A stretch of DNA of 64,000 bases from positions 2,438 through 66,437 of the forward strand of contig JAQURL010000002.1 of the NCBI GenBank assembly GCA_028715625.1. Direction: 5' to 3'. The stretch is from Candidatus Margulisiibacteriota bacterium (GTDB taxonomy: Bacteria; Margulisbacteria; Riflemargulisbacteria; GWF2-35-9). Shown here in pieces: positions 30,399 through 39,841 of the stretch; the stretch's first letter is position 1, and each line of letters opens with the position of its first letter. The notes below the pieces were generated by a model. It made no database searches, was not told the DNA's origin, and saw only the letters and a program-made list of their open reading frames with translations. The position numbers were made by a program, and so were the translations under genes.

Positions 30399-31501
30399 AT
30401 TACATTTATTATTTGCTGCAGAGGACTTAACATAATATATCCGAACATGAATACAATACCTCCGATAACCAGCATAATCAGCAAAACAATCAGATTGGCT
30501 AAACGGTCGTAATGCTCTTCCTCATTGAGATTTAGCTCCTTTATCATTTTTTCTATTATGGATATTTTTTTTGTATTCTCTACCTGCTGGGAAAATATCG
30601 GTTTATACTTTTTAAGTATTGCCATTGATTCCATGGCTTCCGGCAACCCTTTTCCTTGTTTGATCAACAGGCTCAGTGTGGAAAATAAATAGCTTTCATG
30701 AAAATTATTTTGTACTTCATTATATTTATCTATTAAATAATCAAATGAAATATGATATTTAATCGAAGCCTGGTAAATAGTAAATAAAGATTTTTGAAAA
30801 TGTCTGAACATAATACTTTTTATCAAAGGAAGTTTCATAACCATTGCTTTGTTCCGCTTAAACATAAAAAAACCAAAGGTTCCGATAACAAAAATTGCAA
30901 ATATTATTATTAATAAATTAGAGGGATAAAATAAGACTAATAGCAATGGCGTTTTTAGTTGGTAGTATTTATAATAATTACTAATTTGAGGAATGATTAT
31001 CGTTGAAAAAACTGGAATTAATATAATTACCAGAAGAGATAAGGTAGCCGGATAAAATATTTTGCTTAGCATTTTATTGTGTTCAACAATTTTGTTGCTT
31101 AACATCTCGTATATATCCTCTATGGCAGTTTCCATGTTGCCAGTTTCTTTAGCTATGAATAAATAAAGCCTGGCGTTACTTCCTATCAGAGAACCCGAGA
31201 GTAAAGCATCTGAAAAGCTGCTCCCTTTCTTTAATAAACCCAAAACCCTTTTTATCAACGGCTTCCTTGACTTTTTTACAACATTTTTGTAATTATCCAG
31301 AATGTAATAAGCATTCGTTCCTTCCTTATAATATAAATACAAAAATTGAAATAAATCTTTTTGTTCTGGCAATGATAAACCGGCTTTGCCAATATATAAA
31401 ATCAACCATTTGCTTTTCTTAATTTTTTTTAGGGTTGTCTTCGAAAAATAAACTCTGAAAAACCCTTTTGTTAATGAAAAACAAAATGCCTCATAGATCA
31501 T
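30395..31501 (-). CDS. type II secretion system F / PilC-family inner-membrane platform protein (divergent, orphan)
   Basis: 368 aa. Two cytoplasmic helical domains have GspF-like signatures (GSSFSDALLSGSLIGSNARLYLFIAKETGNMETAIEDIYEML; GKGLPEAMESMAILKKYKPIFSQQVENTKKISIIEKMIKEL). Three TMs sit in the canonical T2SSF positions (~150-175, ~190-215, C-terminal LIVLLIMLVIGGIVFMFGYIMLSPL). Confidence 0.55.
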   Translation of the reverse strand: MIYEAFCFSLTKGFFRVYFSKTTLKKIKKSKWLILYIGKAGLSLPEQKDLFQFLYLYYKEGTNAYYILDNYKNVVKKSRKPLIKRVLGLLKKGSSFSDALLSGSLIGSNARLYLFIAKETGNMETAIEDIYEMLSNKIVEHNKMLSKIFYPATLSLLVIILIPVFSTIIIPQISNYYKYYQLKTPLLLVLFYPSNLLIIIFAIFVIGTFGFFMFKRNKAMVMKLPLIKSIMFRHFQKSLFTIYQASIKYHISFDYLIDKYNEVQNNFHESYLFSTLSLLIKQGKGLPEAMESMAILKKYKPIFSQQVENTKKISIIEKMIKELNLNEEEHYDRLANLIVLLIMLVIGGIVFMFGYIMLSPLQQIINVI

Positions 31502-32265
31502 GGAAAAAATAATCCGTTTGTGTTCTTTTCAATAATATTTGCCAGTTCTTTTATGCTGATTCGCTTAATTTCGGCTAATTTGTTTAATATAACAACCAGA
31601 TATTCTGGCTGATTAATATGTTTTCTGTATGGTTCGGGAGTCAGGTATGGCCCATCCGTTTCAATGAGCAATTTGTCTAAAGGTATTTGCTGGATTATAT
31701 CCAAAAGATTTTTATTATTCTTAAACGTTATCATGCCGTTAAGCGAAATATAAATACCAATATCCAACAGTTTTTTAAGTGTATCTAAAGGGCCGGTATA
31801 AGAATGTAATATCATTTTTATTTTCTTGGTATCTTTGATAATCTGGTAAACATCTTCTTCTGCGCCCCTGCTGTGGATTGAAGCGGGAAGCTGAAATTCC
31901 TGTGCTTTTTCTAGAAAATAAATAAAAACGTCTTTTTGTGATTTTTGTTCACTATACGAATAAAAATAATCCAGGCCTATCTCCCCTATTGCTACACATT
32001 TCGGATTATTCTTGAATGCTAATAAAGATTCTTCAAACTCTGCTTTTAAAAAGCTTTTAGCTTCATGCGGGTGACAACCGAAACCATAATACAAACATTC
32101 ATGATTTTGCGATATCTCTTTAACATTCAGACTATCTTTGTAATCTACCCCAAAATTAATAATTTTGTTTACATTATGTTTATTTGCATTATTTAACAAT
32201 TCTTGGATATTTATGGAGCTAAATTTTATATCAGTAAGATGACAATGGGAATCTATTAAATTCAT
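31498..32265 (-). CDS. tatD: TatD-family metal-dependent hydrolase
   Basis: 255 aa with IDSHCHL, GEIGLDY, HSR/HSY and ETDGPYL motifs. Confidence 0.85.
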   Translation of the reverse strand: MNLIDSHCHLTDIKFSSINIQELLNNANKHNVNKIINFGVDYKDSLNVKEISQNHECLYYGFGCHPHEAKSFLKAEFEESLLAFKNNPKCVAIGEIGLDYFYSYSEQKSQKDVFIYFLEKAQEFQLPASIHSRGAEEDVYQIIKDTKKIKMILHSYTGPLDTLKKLLDIGIYISLNGMITFKNNKNLLDIIQQIPLDKLLIETDGPYLTPEPYRKHINQPEYLVVILNKLAEIKRISIKELANIIEKNTNGLFFP

Positions 32266-32269
32266 TATA

Positions 32270-35200
32270 TTAATGAACTACGCCTACCATCCTTACAACT
32301 TTCGTTACCTCACCCTTTGCTTCAGGTGCTTCTATAACCACAAAGTATCCTCCTTTTTCAACATATTCTCCCGCTTCATCTTTCCCATCCCATTCAACTT
32401 CGCAGTCACCCTTAACCGATTTTCCCTGAAGTCCGCCTGTAAATGTGAATTTCTTTACAAAATGACCGATTGAATCATAAACTTTTATCTCTATTCCTGT
32501 ATCCTGATTTAAAAAATAGAATAGTTTGGTCTTTTCTTTCCGCGAATAAAACGGATTGGGATAATTGGAAACATGGCTGAGAACTTTATTGGTTTCAACC
32601 GTCGTAACGGAATTTGTATAAATATAATCGCTTAATAATCCAGCCAGATTTTGTGCTTTTATTCTGTATGTATATGACATGTTGGGCTTGCGATTATACA
32701 TTACAGCCAGTCTGTCTGATGATTTAATGCTGGCAGGATCGCTAATGTAGTTTTCTTTTACTACGGACCAGGATGGCGAGTAATTGCTTTTTTCTTCAAC
32801 AATAAACTTACCGATACCTGATTCTTCCTCTAAAAAATCACCCCAAGTAATTTGGTGAGTAATATTATTTACATCCGTATCGCTAATAACAACTGAAGGA
32901 GGATAATTTGGCAAATGCGGAGGCGAAAAATCCGTTTTAAACTCAAAATACGAAGTCTTAGAGTAATATTTGACGCTGGGATTATCGGTCCTTTCGCTGA
33001 TAGTATTGAGCATAATAAAATATTTTTTATTATCCTCCAAAATAATATTTTCGATGTTTAAAGGTTCATCAATCAATAGACTCCTCGGTGTGGCCAGGGC
33101 TTTTTCTGTATAAGTGGCAATATCTGTGCCTTCTTTTGTGCTTCCTATATAGTATTTGACCCCGACAATATTGTTTCCATTTTTGGTGTAGGAATCATAA
33201 TCGATACCAATTTTTTGTACGTACTGGGAGTAATAATTACCGCTTATAATTGGCTGGCTCGGCCTAAAGGCGTCAATGATTAAAACAGTGTTGGTTGTAA
33301 TCGTTTTATCGGCTTTTGCTGTCCCGTTCTGAAAGATAACATAGGGATTTGCGGTTGTTATGTAATATGTGGTTCTAAATACAAATTGTTTGTCAATGTT
33401 TGCTGTCGGACTAACCGTTGCAACTAATGCGAAACTATTTGATGAGGACAATTCATAAGGATTTGCAAATTGAATCCTGACTTTTTTATCACTATCCATC
33501 CAGGTATTCACCGCATCAAGTTTTGAAGCATCAGTTAACTCGAAATAACTGCTGTTATAGGTTTGGTTTCTTGATAGGGTGTATATGGCAATATCGTTGA
33601 AATCGCTTTTTATAGCTGTTCCATCCAATAGGTAGTCTATACTTCTAAGTTTTGGATTAAAATAGTCTACAGTTAGGTTAAATTTTTGTAAAACTATTCT
33701 GTCTCCTTGATAAACATCTTCCTGCTTGTTGTTATTATGGGTAACATCAATTTTGGAAGTGTATTTCTGAATATTAAACGGGATTGAATTAACCGGGAAT
33801 GAACTGTCAACAACAATATTCGGAGTTTCAATATAGATATCGTTGGCGGTAACTATTCTCATGGAAAATGTTGTTCCTATTGGTGCGTTAATGCCAACTG
33901 CGCCGACAATATAGTATGTGTCATTATCAGATTCATTGGTTAAAGCCTGGTTAATTTTAAAATTAACTGTAATTGTATTTTTTCCGGATTCAAATCTATC
34001 ATTTCCATTACTTATCAGGACGTCAATATCTTTATTAAAAATGCCGTTATAGTCCCCATCTTTGTATATGGCAATTTGTGAAAAGTTGGAGTTATCCAAT
34101 GAACCGGTATATGAAATTTTCATTCCGCTCCAGACTACACTCCCAACATCTGTATAAAGTTTTAGTTTTTTTATTGTGGCTAAATCCGCACCCTGATTAA
34201 ATGTGGGATTCAAGTCGCTATCATCCATATTGTTTATATAAACACGGCTTATCGGTTTAACAAATGTGACGGTTTTGGTTTTAAATGTATTATAAGGATC
34301 TATTGAATAATCAACCATTTCGTTATCATTTACCTGACAAACATTTTTTGTAGCATATTGTAAATACATAGTATTCCCTTTTACCGCTCCGGCCCCTATA
34401 TCAGCAGCCACAAAAAATTTCTTTTTATTGCTGCTCACAATTATTTCATCCTCATAAAAGGGTATATATACTACATGAGTGTTATCCAGTTCTTTATCGC
34501 TGACACCTACAATTACATCATATTTTTTTCTCGGCTCAAACAAACCATTATCATCTCCATCTTTATATATTGTAAATTGACTGATGTCTGAGGCGACATA
34601 ATGACCGTATGCTAAAATTCTAATGCCCTTTAAATGCACAGGCTTATCATTGGCGCTAACTGTAAAAGACATAAATGCAAAATCTTTTTGTCCCTGTTCT
34701 GCATATGGTTGTTTGATGCTTACTTCGTCCTTATATTCCTGCAGCACAAGTTTTTGCCTTAAGGCCTCTCTGGCGATAAGTCTGTTACCCGCCATGTCGT
34801 CACCTATAACTTTAATATATATATTTTTTTGTTTGTCCGAACCTTCCACGTTAATTGTGGTTATATATACATAATCGCTTTTGTTTAGTTTGAGGAAAAC
34901 CAGTTCATAGGAGCTAATTGTCGTTATTTCATCTTCGTTTATTATATAAATTGTCGGGGTGGGGTTATCACACATTTTTTCATTAAAATTTATCGTCACC
35001 CTTAGAGTTTCTGTATAGTTTAAATTATCTTTTTGTTTGTACAAATCCGTCTGCATACTGTACGTCGGTATGGTTATATCAAATGTGATAACTTTTTTAA
35101 CTATTCCAGGGTTTATATAAAGACTTTTCCTGGTCCAGACATATAACGATTTTGGACCTTCCAGCGCATTCTCAACAGCAGTGCCGTTATCAATCCTGTA

Positions 35201-38200
35201 GGATAAGGTTATTTTGTTCTCCCCCGCTGGCCAGGGGTTATTAACTTCGGTTGCCAGTGGTGTGTTATAAGATCCGTCAATTACCCGGTAATAATCATAA
35301 TTCGTAAGAGAGGAGTCCTTACTGATAACAAGATTTACTGTTAGCCATCTTGTGTATTCAGTTCTTTGATCCAGTGAATATATATATAGTCCCGGGTTCG
35401 TTGCCGCATCAATATTGACATTAAAGGTCGCTCCGTCAAAGATAACATCTGTATAATTCAATGCATTATCTGTTATACCAATCCTAAAATAGGCGTTACC
35501 GCTTGCTTCTGCCAAATTTGTATTATACGTTGCCAGCCAAACCGTTCGATAGTTGGAACTTAAAGGGTTGCTCATGGTTTCAGGTAAAACAGGAGTCAAA
35601 TCTACTGTAACCGTGCTGTAAAGACCAGGCAATAAAACCTGCCAAAAGGGGGTAACAATTGCCGCCTCAATATAAGCAGGATCCTGATAAGCAAGCTTGT
35701 TGGAAACCTCCATCTTGGCGGTCATCAAGCCCTTTGGCACTATCACATTGCTATATAAACCTTGAGACCCAACTTCGTCAGGTTGTATTCTGACTAATGG
35801 TTCTGTTGTGTCGTAATAAATGCTACAGGTTACGGATTCGGAAGATATAATACCCAAATCATTGGCAACCCACAAATATAGAAGCTTGGTTTCGTTTTTC
35901 TGACTATCAAATGTGTAATAATAATCTGTAGTCGGGTAGTCTGAAAAATTAGTTATATCCAGGTTTGGTGTGGCTTCCTCGGTAATCCAATATTTTTTCA
36001 CCTGTGAGTCTACATTAAAGGTAACCTTAACTTGATCTAATTTTGTATAATATTGATCTTCAGTTAACGGATTATACATTCTAAAATTTGTTGCCTGTGG
36101 CGGAGATGATGTTTTAATAATAAAATAGGAGTCCCCGTTTAAGCTTGTTGTTTTATTGCCGGCATTATCGAATACTGTTGTTTTGAAAATATACCACCCG
36201 TCCTCAAGTGAGCTGACATTAAATGTACAAAACCATTCTTGCATAGCTGGCATAAGGTTTACAAAGGTCTCAAGGTTTGGGCTGTTTAAATAGTAATATC
36301 CCAACATTGGTGTTATGGTAACTTCTTCTGAAAGTTGAAGTGTAACACTTACAATATCTGAGGTTATTAGGAATGGTTTAATGAAACTTCTGGCAATTGA
36401 ATAGCTTAAGGTGACTGTGGGCGCTGAAACATCAACTTTAATTTCCCTGGTGGCAATTGAACCGTTTCCGGCTCGATCCAGGGCGAATAAAAGAACATTG
36501 ATCGTGTCATGATTATTCGCACTTACCGATAATGTTGCTGTTAACTGCGATGTAAAATCAGAATAATCTACCTGGCCTGTGGACGCCTTATATTTATATG
36601 GTGCATCTCTTAATTGACCGTTTTCTATTGGTACATCCCAGGACAAAGTAATAACCGTCTGGCTGAACCAGCCTGGTAAAGGTAGAACAACCCCGTTAGG
36701 GATATCGGTATCAACAATTGGGGACTGCGCGATAATATCAAATGTGTTGATAATGGGTGGTGTTTTATCAATCTTAATATATAAATTTTTGGTTGTTAAA
36801 TTACCCGCTTTGTCCCGAACCTGTATATAGGCATCTCTCGTGTCGTCCCCTCCCTCAAGCACTCCCAATCCATTGTAGGCCAATTCGTTCTGCCAGTCTG
36901 TCCAGTTTTGTGTTGTTACAGACTTAAGCCTGTATGGTTTTGCTGGCAGTTGCCCGTCATCGTTTGATTGATTCCATTCCAGATTAATTTGTTCATTATC
37001 ATACCAACCACTTTCCGACAAATATCCGTTGCCATCACTATCAGTATTATCCGCCAATATATTAGCATAAAAAGATGCCGGATTTACCATGTCTACATAA
37101 ACATTGGTTGTCTTTTGCAGCACGTTACCTGCGTGGTCTGCTATGGCGCCGACAATATAGTGTGTTAAAGACCCGCCTTCGGTTGTATAAATACTGACAT
37201 CCTTAGAGTTTGTAAATCCCTGGCCGTATGTGGTCTTGCCCAGATCGTTTTTAATAAAATATTTTGCGCTTCTAAGGCCTAAACTATCCGTAACATTTTC
37301 AGAAATAAAAGAACAAAAAACATAATTATCCGAATACCACCCCAAATCAGGAGTAACTCCTCCGCGATGCGGGCCGTCGTCTTCTAGTTTAAGCGTATAG
37401 GATCCTGTGGGTAAAGTAACATCAACCGTCACAAAAACTGAATTTGTAACTATATTACCTGCTTCATCAGCACATTCTATAGAAATTTCATTTCTTATGT
37501 TGGCCGATACCTTAAAATTAGCTACCGTATTTTCTGCTTGCCAATTACCCCATCCATTGTTGTTAATTTTAATACGATAGGGTTTGTCTCTCAGTTTCCC
37601 CCCATCTATTGGCTGCTGCCAGCTTAAATCTATTGTATCATCATCGTACCAGCCAGGTTCAGGGTCTATACCGTCACCATTGCTGTCAGCATCCGGTACA
37701 AGGGTAATATTAAGATTTGATGGTGTTGTTACGTCGGCTTTTATATATTTGTTTATACTTTTAGTCCAACCAGCCTTATCTACAAATAACGCCGTAAAAA
37801 TAATGGGTGTATTATCCTGCGGTATAACTGTAAATTCCGAAAAAGTCGGATTTGAGGAGGGATTTTGACTATAAGAAACGTCTTTGTCGGTTTTCAGGTA
37901 TAGCCTGGATAATCCGGCACCGCCACTATCAATATCCCATGTCAGAACAATATTAAGGGTAGACTGATCATACCAGTTCGCATTTGGCAAAACACCATCG
38001 TTCTGGTTATCACTATCATCAGGAAGAAAATTAATATCGACAAAATTAAATGAAATCGGCGTCTCGCTTACATATACAATCCCTGATGTGGTCTGAATAT
38101 TTCCGGCTGCGTCTTTAGCAATTAATACAAATTCATTCCCGGTTAAAGATTCCGACGTTCCAACCATAACGTCTGAAATATTGGTCCAGTTTGATGTTGT

Positions 38201-39838
38201 TGAGTTCAGGCCTGACGTATTTCTATAGGCAAAAGGTTGATTTGGAAGTGCGCCGCCATCAGATACCGACCACATCCAGCGAACTTCCGACCCGTCATTG
38301 TACCAACCTTTTTCCGGCAACATTTGTCCATCAGCTTTATTTGTATCATCCATCAGTAGCAAATAATTTATTGTAGGAGGCTGAATATCAACTTTTACGT
38401 TTGCATATGCTTCCCTGACATTCCCTGCTTTATCTGCAGCCCTCACATAAACCGTTCTGTTTGTATTATTGCCTGGTTCAATATATAGGGCATTTGCATT
38501 CATCGTACTTTGAAATTGATTTATTGAAATAGTGTCTCCAATTTGAGCGGACCAATAGGGCCAACCTACATCGCTTTTTATTTGGTAAGGCTGATCTTTT
38601 AAGGCTGTGTCACTTGGTTGAGTCCAGCTAAAACTGACAGTTTCATCATTGTACCAGCCTTGTTCCGGTACTGACTGGGTTGGATTATTGTCCGTATCAT
38701 CTGCTATAGTTACATAAAAAGTCCCTGGCAGTGTCTGGTCTACATTTACCGTTATCGACATGGTTACATAGTTATAAACATTATCTAAAAGATACACAAC
38801 GATTTCACGGTCTGTGCCTTCCAGTGTTTTTATACTAACTGTGACGTTTGAGCTGGAATACAGCGATTGAACAATTGATTCATAATAAAACTGGCTTCTT
38901 ACGCCACTTCCGGTATTATCTGTAGCCAAATTGTTAATTTTCACAGAAACGGTTAGCTGGTCATACCAGCCTGTTTCTGGAAGGATACCGTCTCCACCGT
39001 TATCCGACAAATCTGGCAATAATTGAAAACTAGAACCGTTAATTGCCGGTGCCTGATTATCAATCATTATATTTTTGGTGTTTATATAAACCGTGTTATC
39101 GATAGTTGCATTTCCTTGAGGAAAAACCAGGTTAATTTTTAGCTCCACGTTTCTGCTAATACTTGCTGAGGTTGGTAGAACAAAATTATTGAAATCAAAC
39201 AAACCGCTTGTATTTATATTTACGACCGAACCCTCTGCTTTATTGTCAAAAAAAATCCTCGCCGATACATCCTGCAGTGGATAAATGTTCTGATTATACT
39301 TATATGTGACTTTGCCGCTACAATGCAACTGTTCGGCTGAACCTATTCCTCCTTTAAACCAGGTTCCCTCCGGACTTAGGTACATATATTTGGAATCGCA
39401 GGTGATGTTAAAAGTGTTTACAACAAACTGTTCGTTATAAGTTAGGTTATCGTTATAAATATAATCGTTACTGCCATCATAGCTGTTGATGGTTACAGAA
39501 TATATTCCATCTTGTATAAATGAATTTTGCCACTTAATTTTAAAATTCAAAGAACATTCAGACCCATATTTGCCTCCACTGAAACTATCAAGCAAATCAA
39601 AACCCTGTACAATAGTACATGTCGGTTGATTTGCAGGAGTATATATAACGACAATTTTATCTCCGATATTAATTGTCAGCGTGTCATCATCCGATTTCAG
39701 CTGGATTGCTTCATTTTGCATGATATTCATATAGTTTGTAGTAATTCCTGATGATTTGAAAACTACTTCACTTATGGAACCGTAACTGAATACTGCTAAA
39801 AAAAGAAAAAGGCTGATTAAACGTATTAGACGGGTCAT
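32270..39838 (-). CDS. giant (2,522 aa) multi-domain cell-surface protein with a C-terminal FlgD-Ig / T9SS-type sorting-like domain
   Basis: Signal peptide MTRLIRLISLFLFLAVFSYG. Eight tandem ~105-118-aa Ig-like repeats (aa ~258-1138), further beta-sandwich modules, three ~160-aa repeats (aa ~1705-2190), an FN3-like module (aa ~2305-2415), and a C-terminal ~100 aa NYPNPF...IEIKVYDSIGHFVKKF...VEWDGKDEAGEYVEKGGYFVVIEA. Confidence 0.8.
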   Translation of the reverse strand: MTRLIRLISLFLFLAVFSYGSISEVVFKSSGITTNYMNIMQNEAIQLKSDDDTLTINIGDKIVVIYTPANQPTCTIVQGFDLLDSFSGGKYGSECSLNFKIKWQNSFIQDGIYSVTINSYDGSNDYIYNDNLTYNEQFVVNTFNITCDSKYMYLSPEGTWFKGGIGSAEQLHCSGKVTYKYNQNIYPLQDVSARIFFDNKAEGSVVNINTSGLFDFNNFVLPTSASISRNVELKINLVFPQGNATIDNTVYINTKNIMIDNQAPAINGSSFQLLPDLSDNGGDGILPETGWYDQLTVSVKINNLATDNTGSGVRSQFYYESIVQSLYSSSNVTVSIKTLEGTDREIVVYLLDNVYNYVTMSITVNVDQTLPGTFYVTIADDTDNNPTQSVPEQGWYNDETVSFSWTQPSDTALKDQPYQIKSDVGWPYWSAQIGDTISINQFQSTMNANALYIEPGNNTNRTVYVRAADKAGNVREAYANVKVDIQPPTINYLLLMDDTNKADGQMLPEKGWYNDGSEVRWMWSVSDGGALPNQPFAYRNTSGLNSTTSNWTNISDVMVGTSESLTGNEFVLIAKDAAGNIQTTSGIVYVSETPISFNFVDINFLPDDSDNQNDGVLPNANWYDQSTLNIVLTWDIDSGGAGLSRLYLKTDKDVSYSQNPSSNPTFSEFTVIPQDNTPIIFTALFVDKAGWTKSINKYIKADVTTPSNLNITLVPDADSNGDGIDPEPGWYDDDTIDLSWQQPIDGGKLRDKPYRIKINNNGWGNWQAENTVANFKVSANIRNEISIECADEAGNIVTNSVFVTVDVTLPTGSYTLKLEDDGPHRGGVTPDLGWYSDNYVFCSFISENVTDSLGLRSAKYFIKNDLGKTTYGQGFTNSKDVSIYTTEGGSLTHYIVGAIADHAGNVLQKTTNVYVDMVNPASFYANILADNTDSDGNGYLSESGWYDNEQINLEWNQSNDDGQLPAKPYRLKSVTTQNWTDWQNELAYNGLGVLEGGDDTRDAYIQVRDKAGNLTTKNLYIKIDKTPPIINTFDIIAQSPIVDTDIPNGVVLPLPGWFSQTVITLSWDVPIENGQLRDAPYKYKASTGQVDYSDFTSQLTATLSVSANNHDTINVLLFALDRAGNGSIATREIKVDVSAPTVTLSYSIARSFIKPFLITSDIVSVTLQLSEEVTITPMLGYYYLNSPNLETFVNLMPAMQEWFCTFNVSSLEDGWYIFKTTVFDNAGNKTTSLNGDSYFIIKTSSPPQATNFRMYNPLTEDQYYTKLDQVKVTFNVDSQVKKYWITEEATPNLDITNFSDYPTTDYYYTFDSQKNETKLLYLWVANDLGIISSESVTCSIYYDTTEPLVRIQPDEVGSQGLYSNVIVPKGLMTAKMEVSNKLAYQDPAYIEAAIVTPFWQVLLPGLYSTVTVDLTPVLPETMSNPLSSNYRTVWLATYNTNLAEASGNAYFRIGITDNALNYTDVIFDGATFNVNIDAATNPGLYIYSLDQRTEYTRWLTVNLVISKDSSLTNYDYYRVIDGSYNTPLATEVNNPWPAGENKITLSYRIDNGTAVENALEGPKSLYVWTRKSLYINPGIVKKVITFDITIPTYSMQTDLYKQKDNLNYTETLRVTINFNEKMCDNPTPTIYIINEDEITTISSYELVFLKLNKSDYVYITTINVEGSDKQKNIYIKVIGDDMAGNRLIAREALRQKLVLQEYKDEVSIKQPYAEQGQKDFAFMSFTVSANDKPVHLKGIRILAYGHYVASDISQFTIYKDGDDNGLFEPRKKYDVIVGVSDKELDNTHVVYIPFYEDEIIVSSNKKKFFVAADIGAGAVKGNTMYLQYATKNVCQVNDNEMVDYSIDPYNTFKTKTVTFVKPISRVYINNMDDSDLNPTFNQGADLATIKKLKLYTDVGSVVWSGMKISYTGSLDNSNFSQIAIYKDGDYNGIFNKDIDVLISNGNDRFESGKNTITVNFKINQALTNESDNDTYYIVGAVGINAPIGTTFSMRIVTANDIYIETPNIVVDSSFPVNSIPFNIQKYTSKIDVTHNNNKQEDVYQGDRIVLQKFNLTVDYFNPKLRSIDYLLDGTAIKSDFNDIAIYTLSRNQTYNSSYFELTDASKLDAVNTWMDSDKKVRIQFANPYELSSSNSFALVATVSPTANIDKQFVFRTTYYITTANPYVIFQNGTAKADKTITTNTVLIIDAFRPSQPIISGNYYSQYVQKIGIDYDSYTKNGNNIVGVKYYIGSTKEGTDIATYTEKALATPRSLLIDEPLNIENIILEDNKKYFIMLNTISERTDNPSVKYYSKTSYFEFKTDFSPPHLPNYPPSVVISDTDVNNITHQITWGDFLEEESGIGKFIVEEKSNYSPSWSVVKENYISDPASIKSSDRLAVMYNRKPNMSYTYRIKAQNLAGLLSDYIYTNSVTTVETNKVLSHVSNYPNPFYSRKEKTKLFYFLNQDTGIEIKVYDSIGHFVKKFTFTGGLQGKSVKGDCEVEWDGKDEAGEYVEKGGYFVVIEAPEAKGEVTKVVRMVGVVH
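33269..34726 (-). repeat. three ~160-aa coding repeats in the giant surface protein
   Basis: Units share Q-G-x-(D/R)...(F/I)-x-(L/F)...ending in SQFTIYKDGDDNGLFEP, SQIAIYKDGDYNGIFNK and NDIAIYTLSRNQTYNSS. Confidence 0.5.
36425..39067 (-). repeat. eight tandem coding repeats (~105-118 aa each) in the giant surface protein
   Basis: Each unit opens with (L/V)P-x-x-GWY(D/N) followed by a P(Y/F)-x-(I/Y/L)K element. Examples: PETGWYDQ, PEQGWYNDETVSFSWTQP..DQPYQIK, PEKGWYNDG..NQPFAYR, PNANWYDQ, PEPGWYDDD..DKPYRIK, PDLGWYSDN, SESGWYDNE..AKPYRLK, LPGWFSQ..DAPYKYK. Most units close with D-x-AGN (ADKAGN, KDAAGN, VDKAGW, ADEAGN, ADHAGN, RDKAGN, LDRAGN). The repeats are diverged at the DNA level. Confidence 0.8.
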
Positions 39839-39841
39839 AGA

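Noticed and set aside
39248-39255. A8/T8 homopolymer near the 5' end of the giant adhesin gene, with other 7-8-nt A/T runs in both giant genes, considered as possible slipped-strand phase-variation switches.
   Set aside because: Runs of this length are frequent throughout this AT-rich window, including in housekeeping genes. There is no evidence of length heterogeneity from a single sequence.
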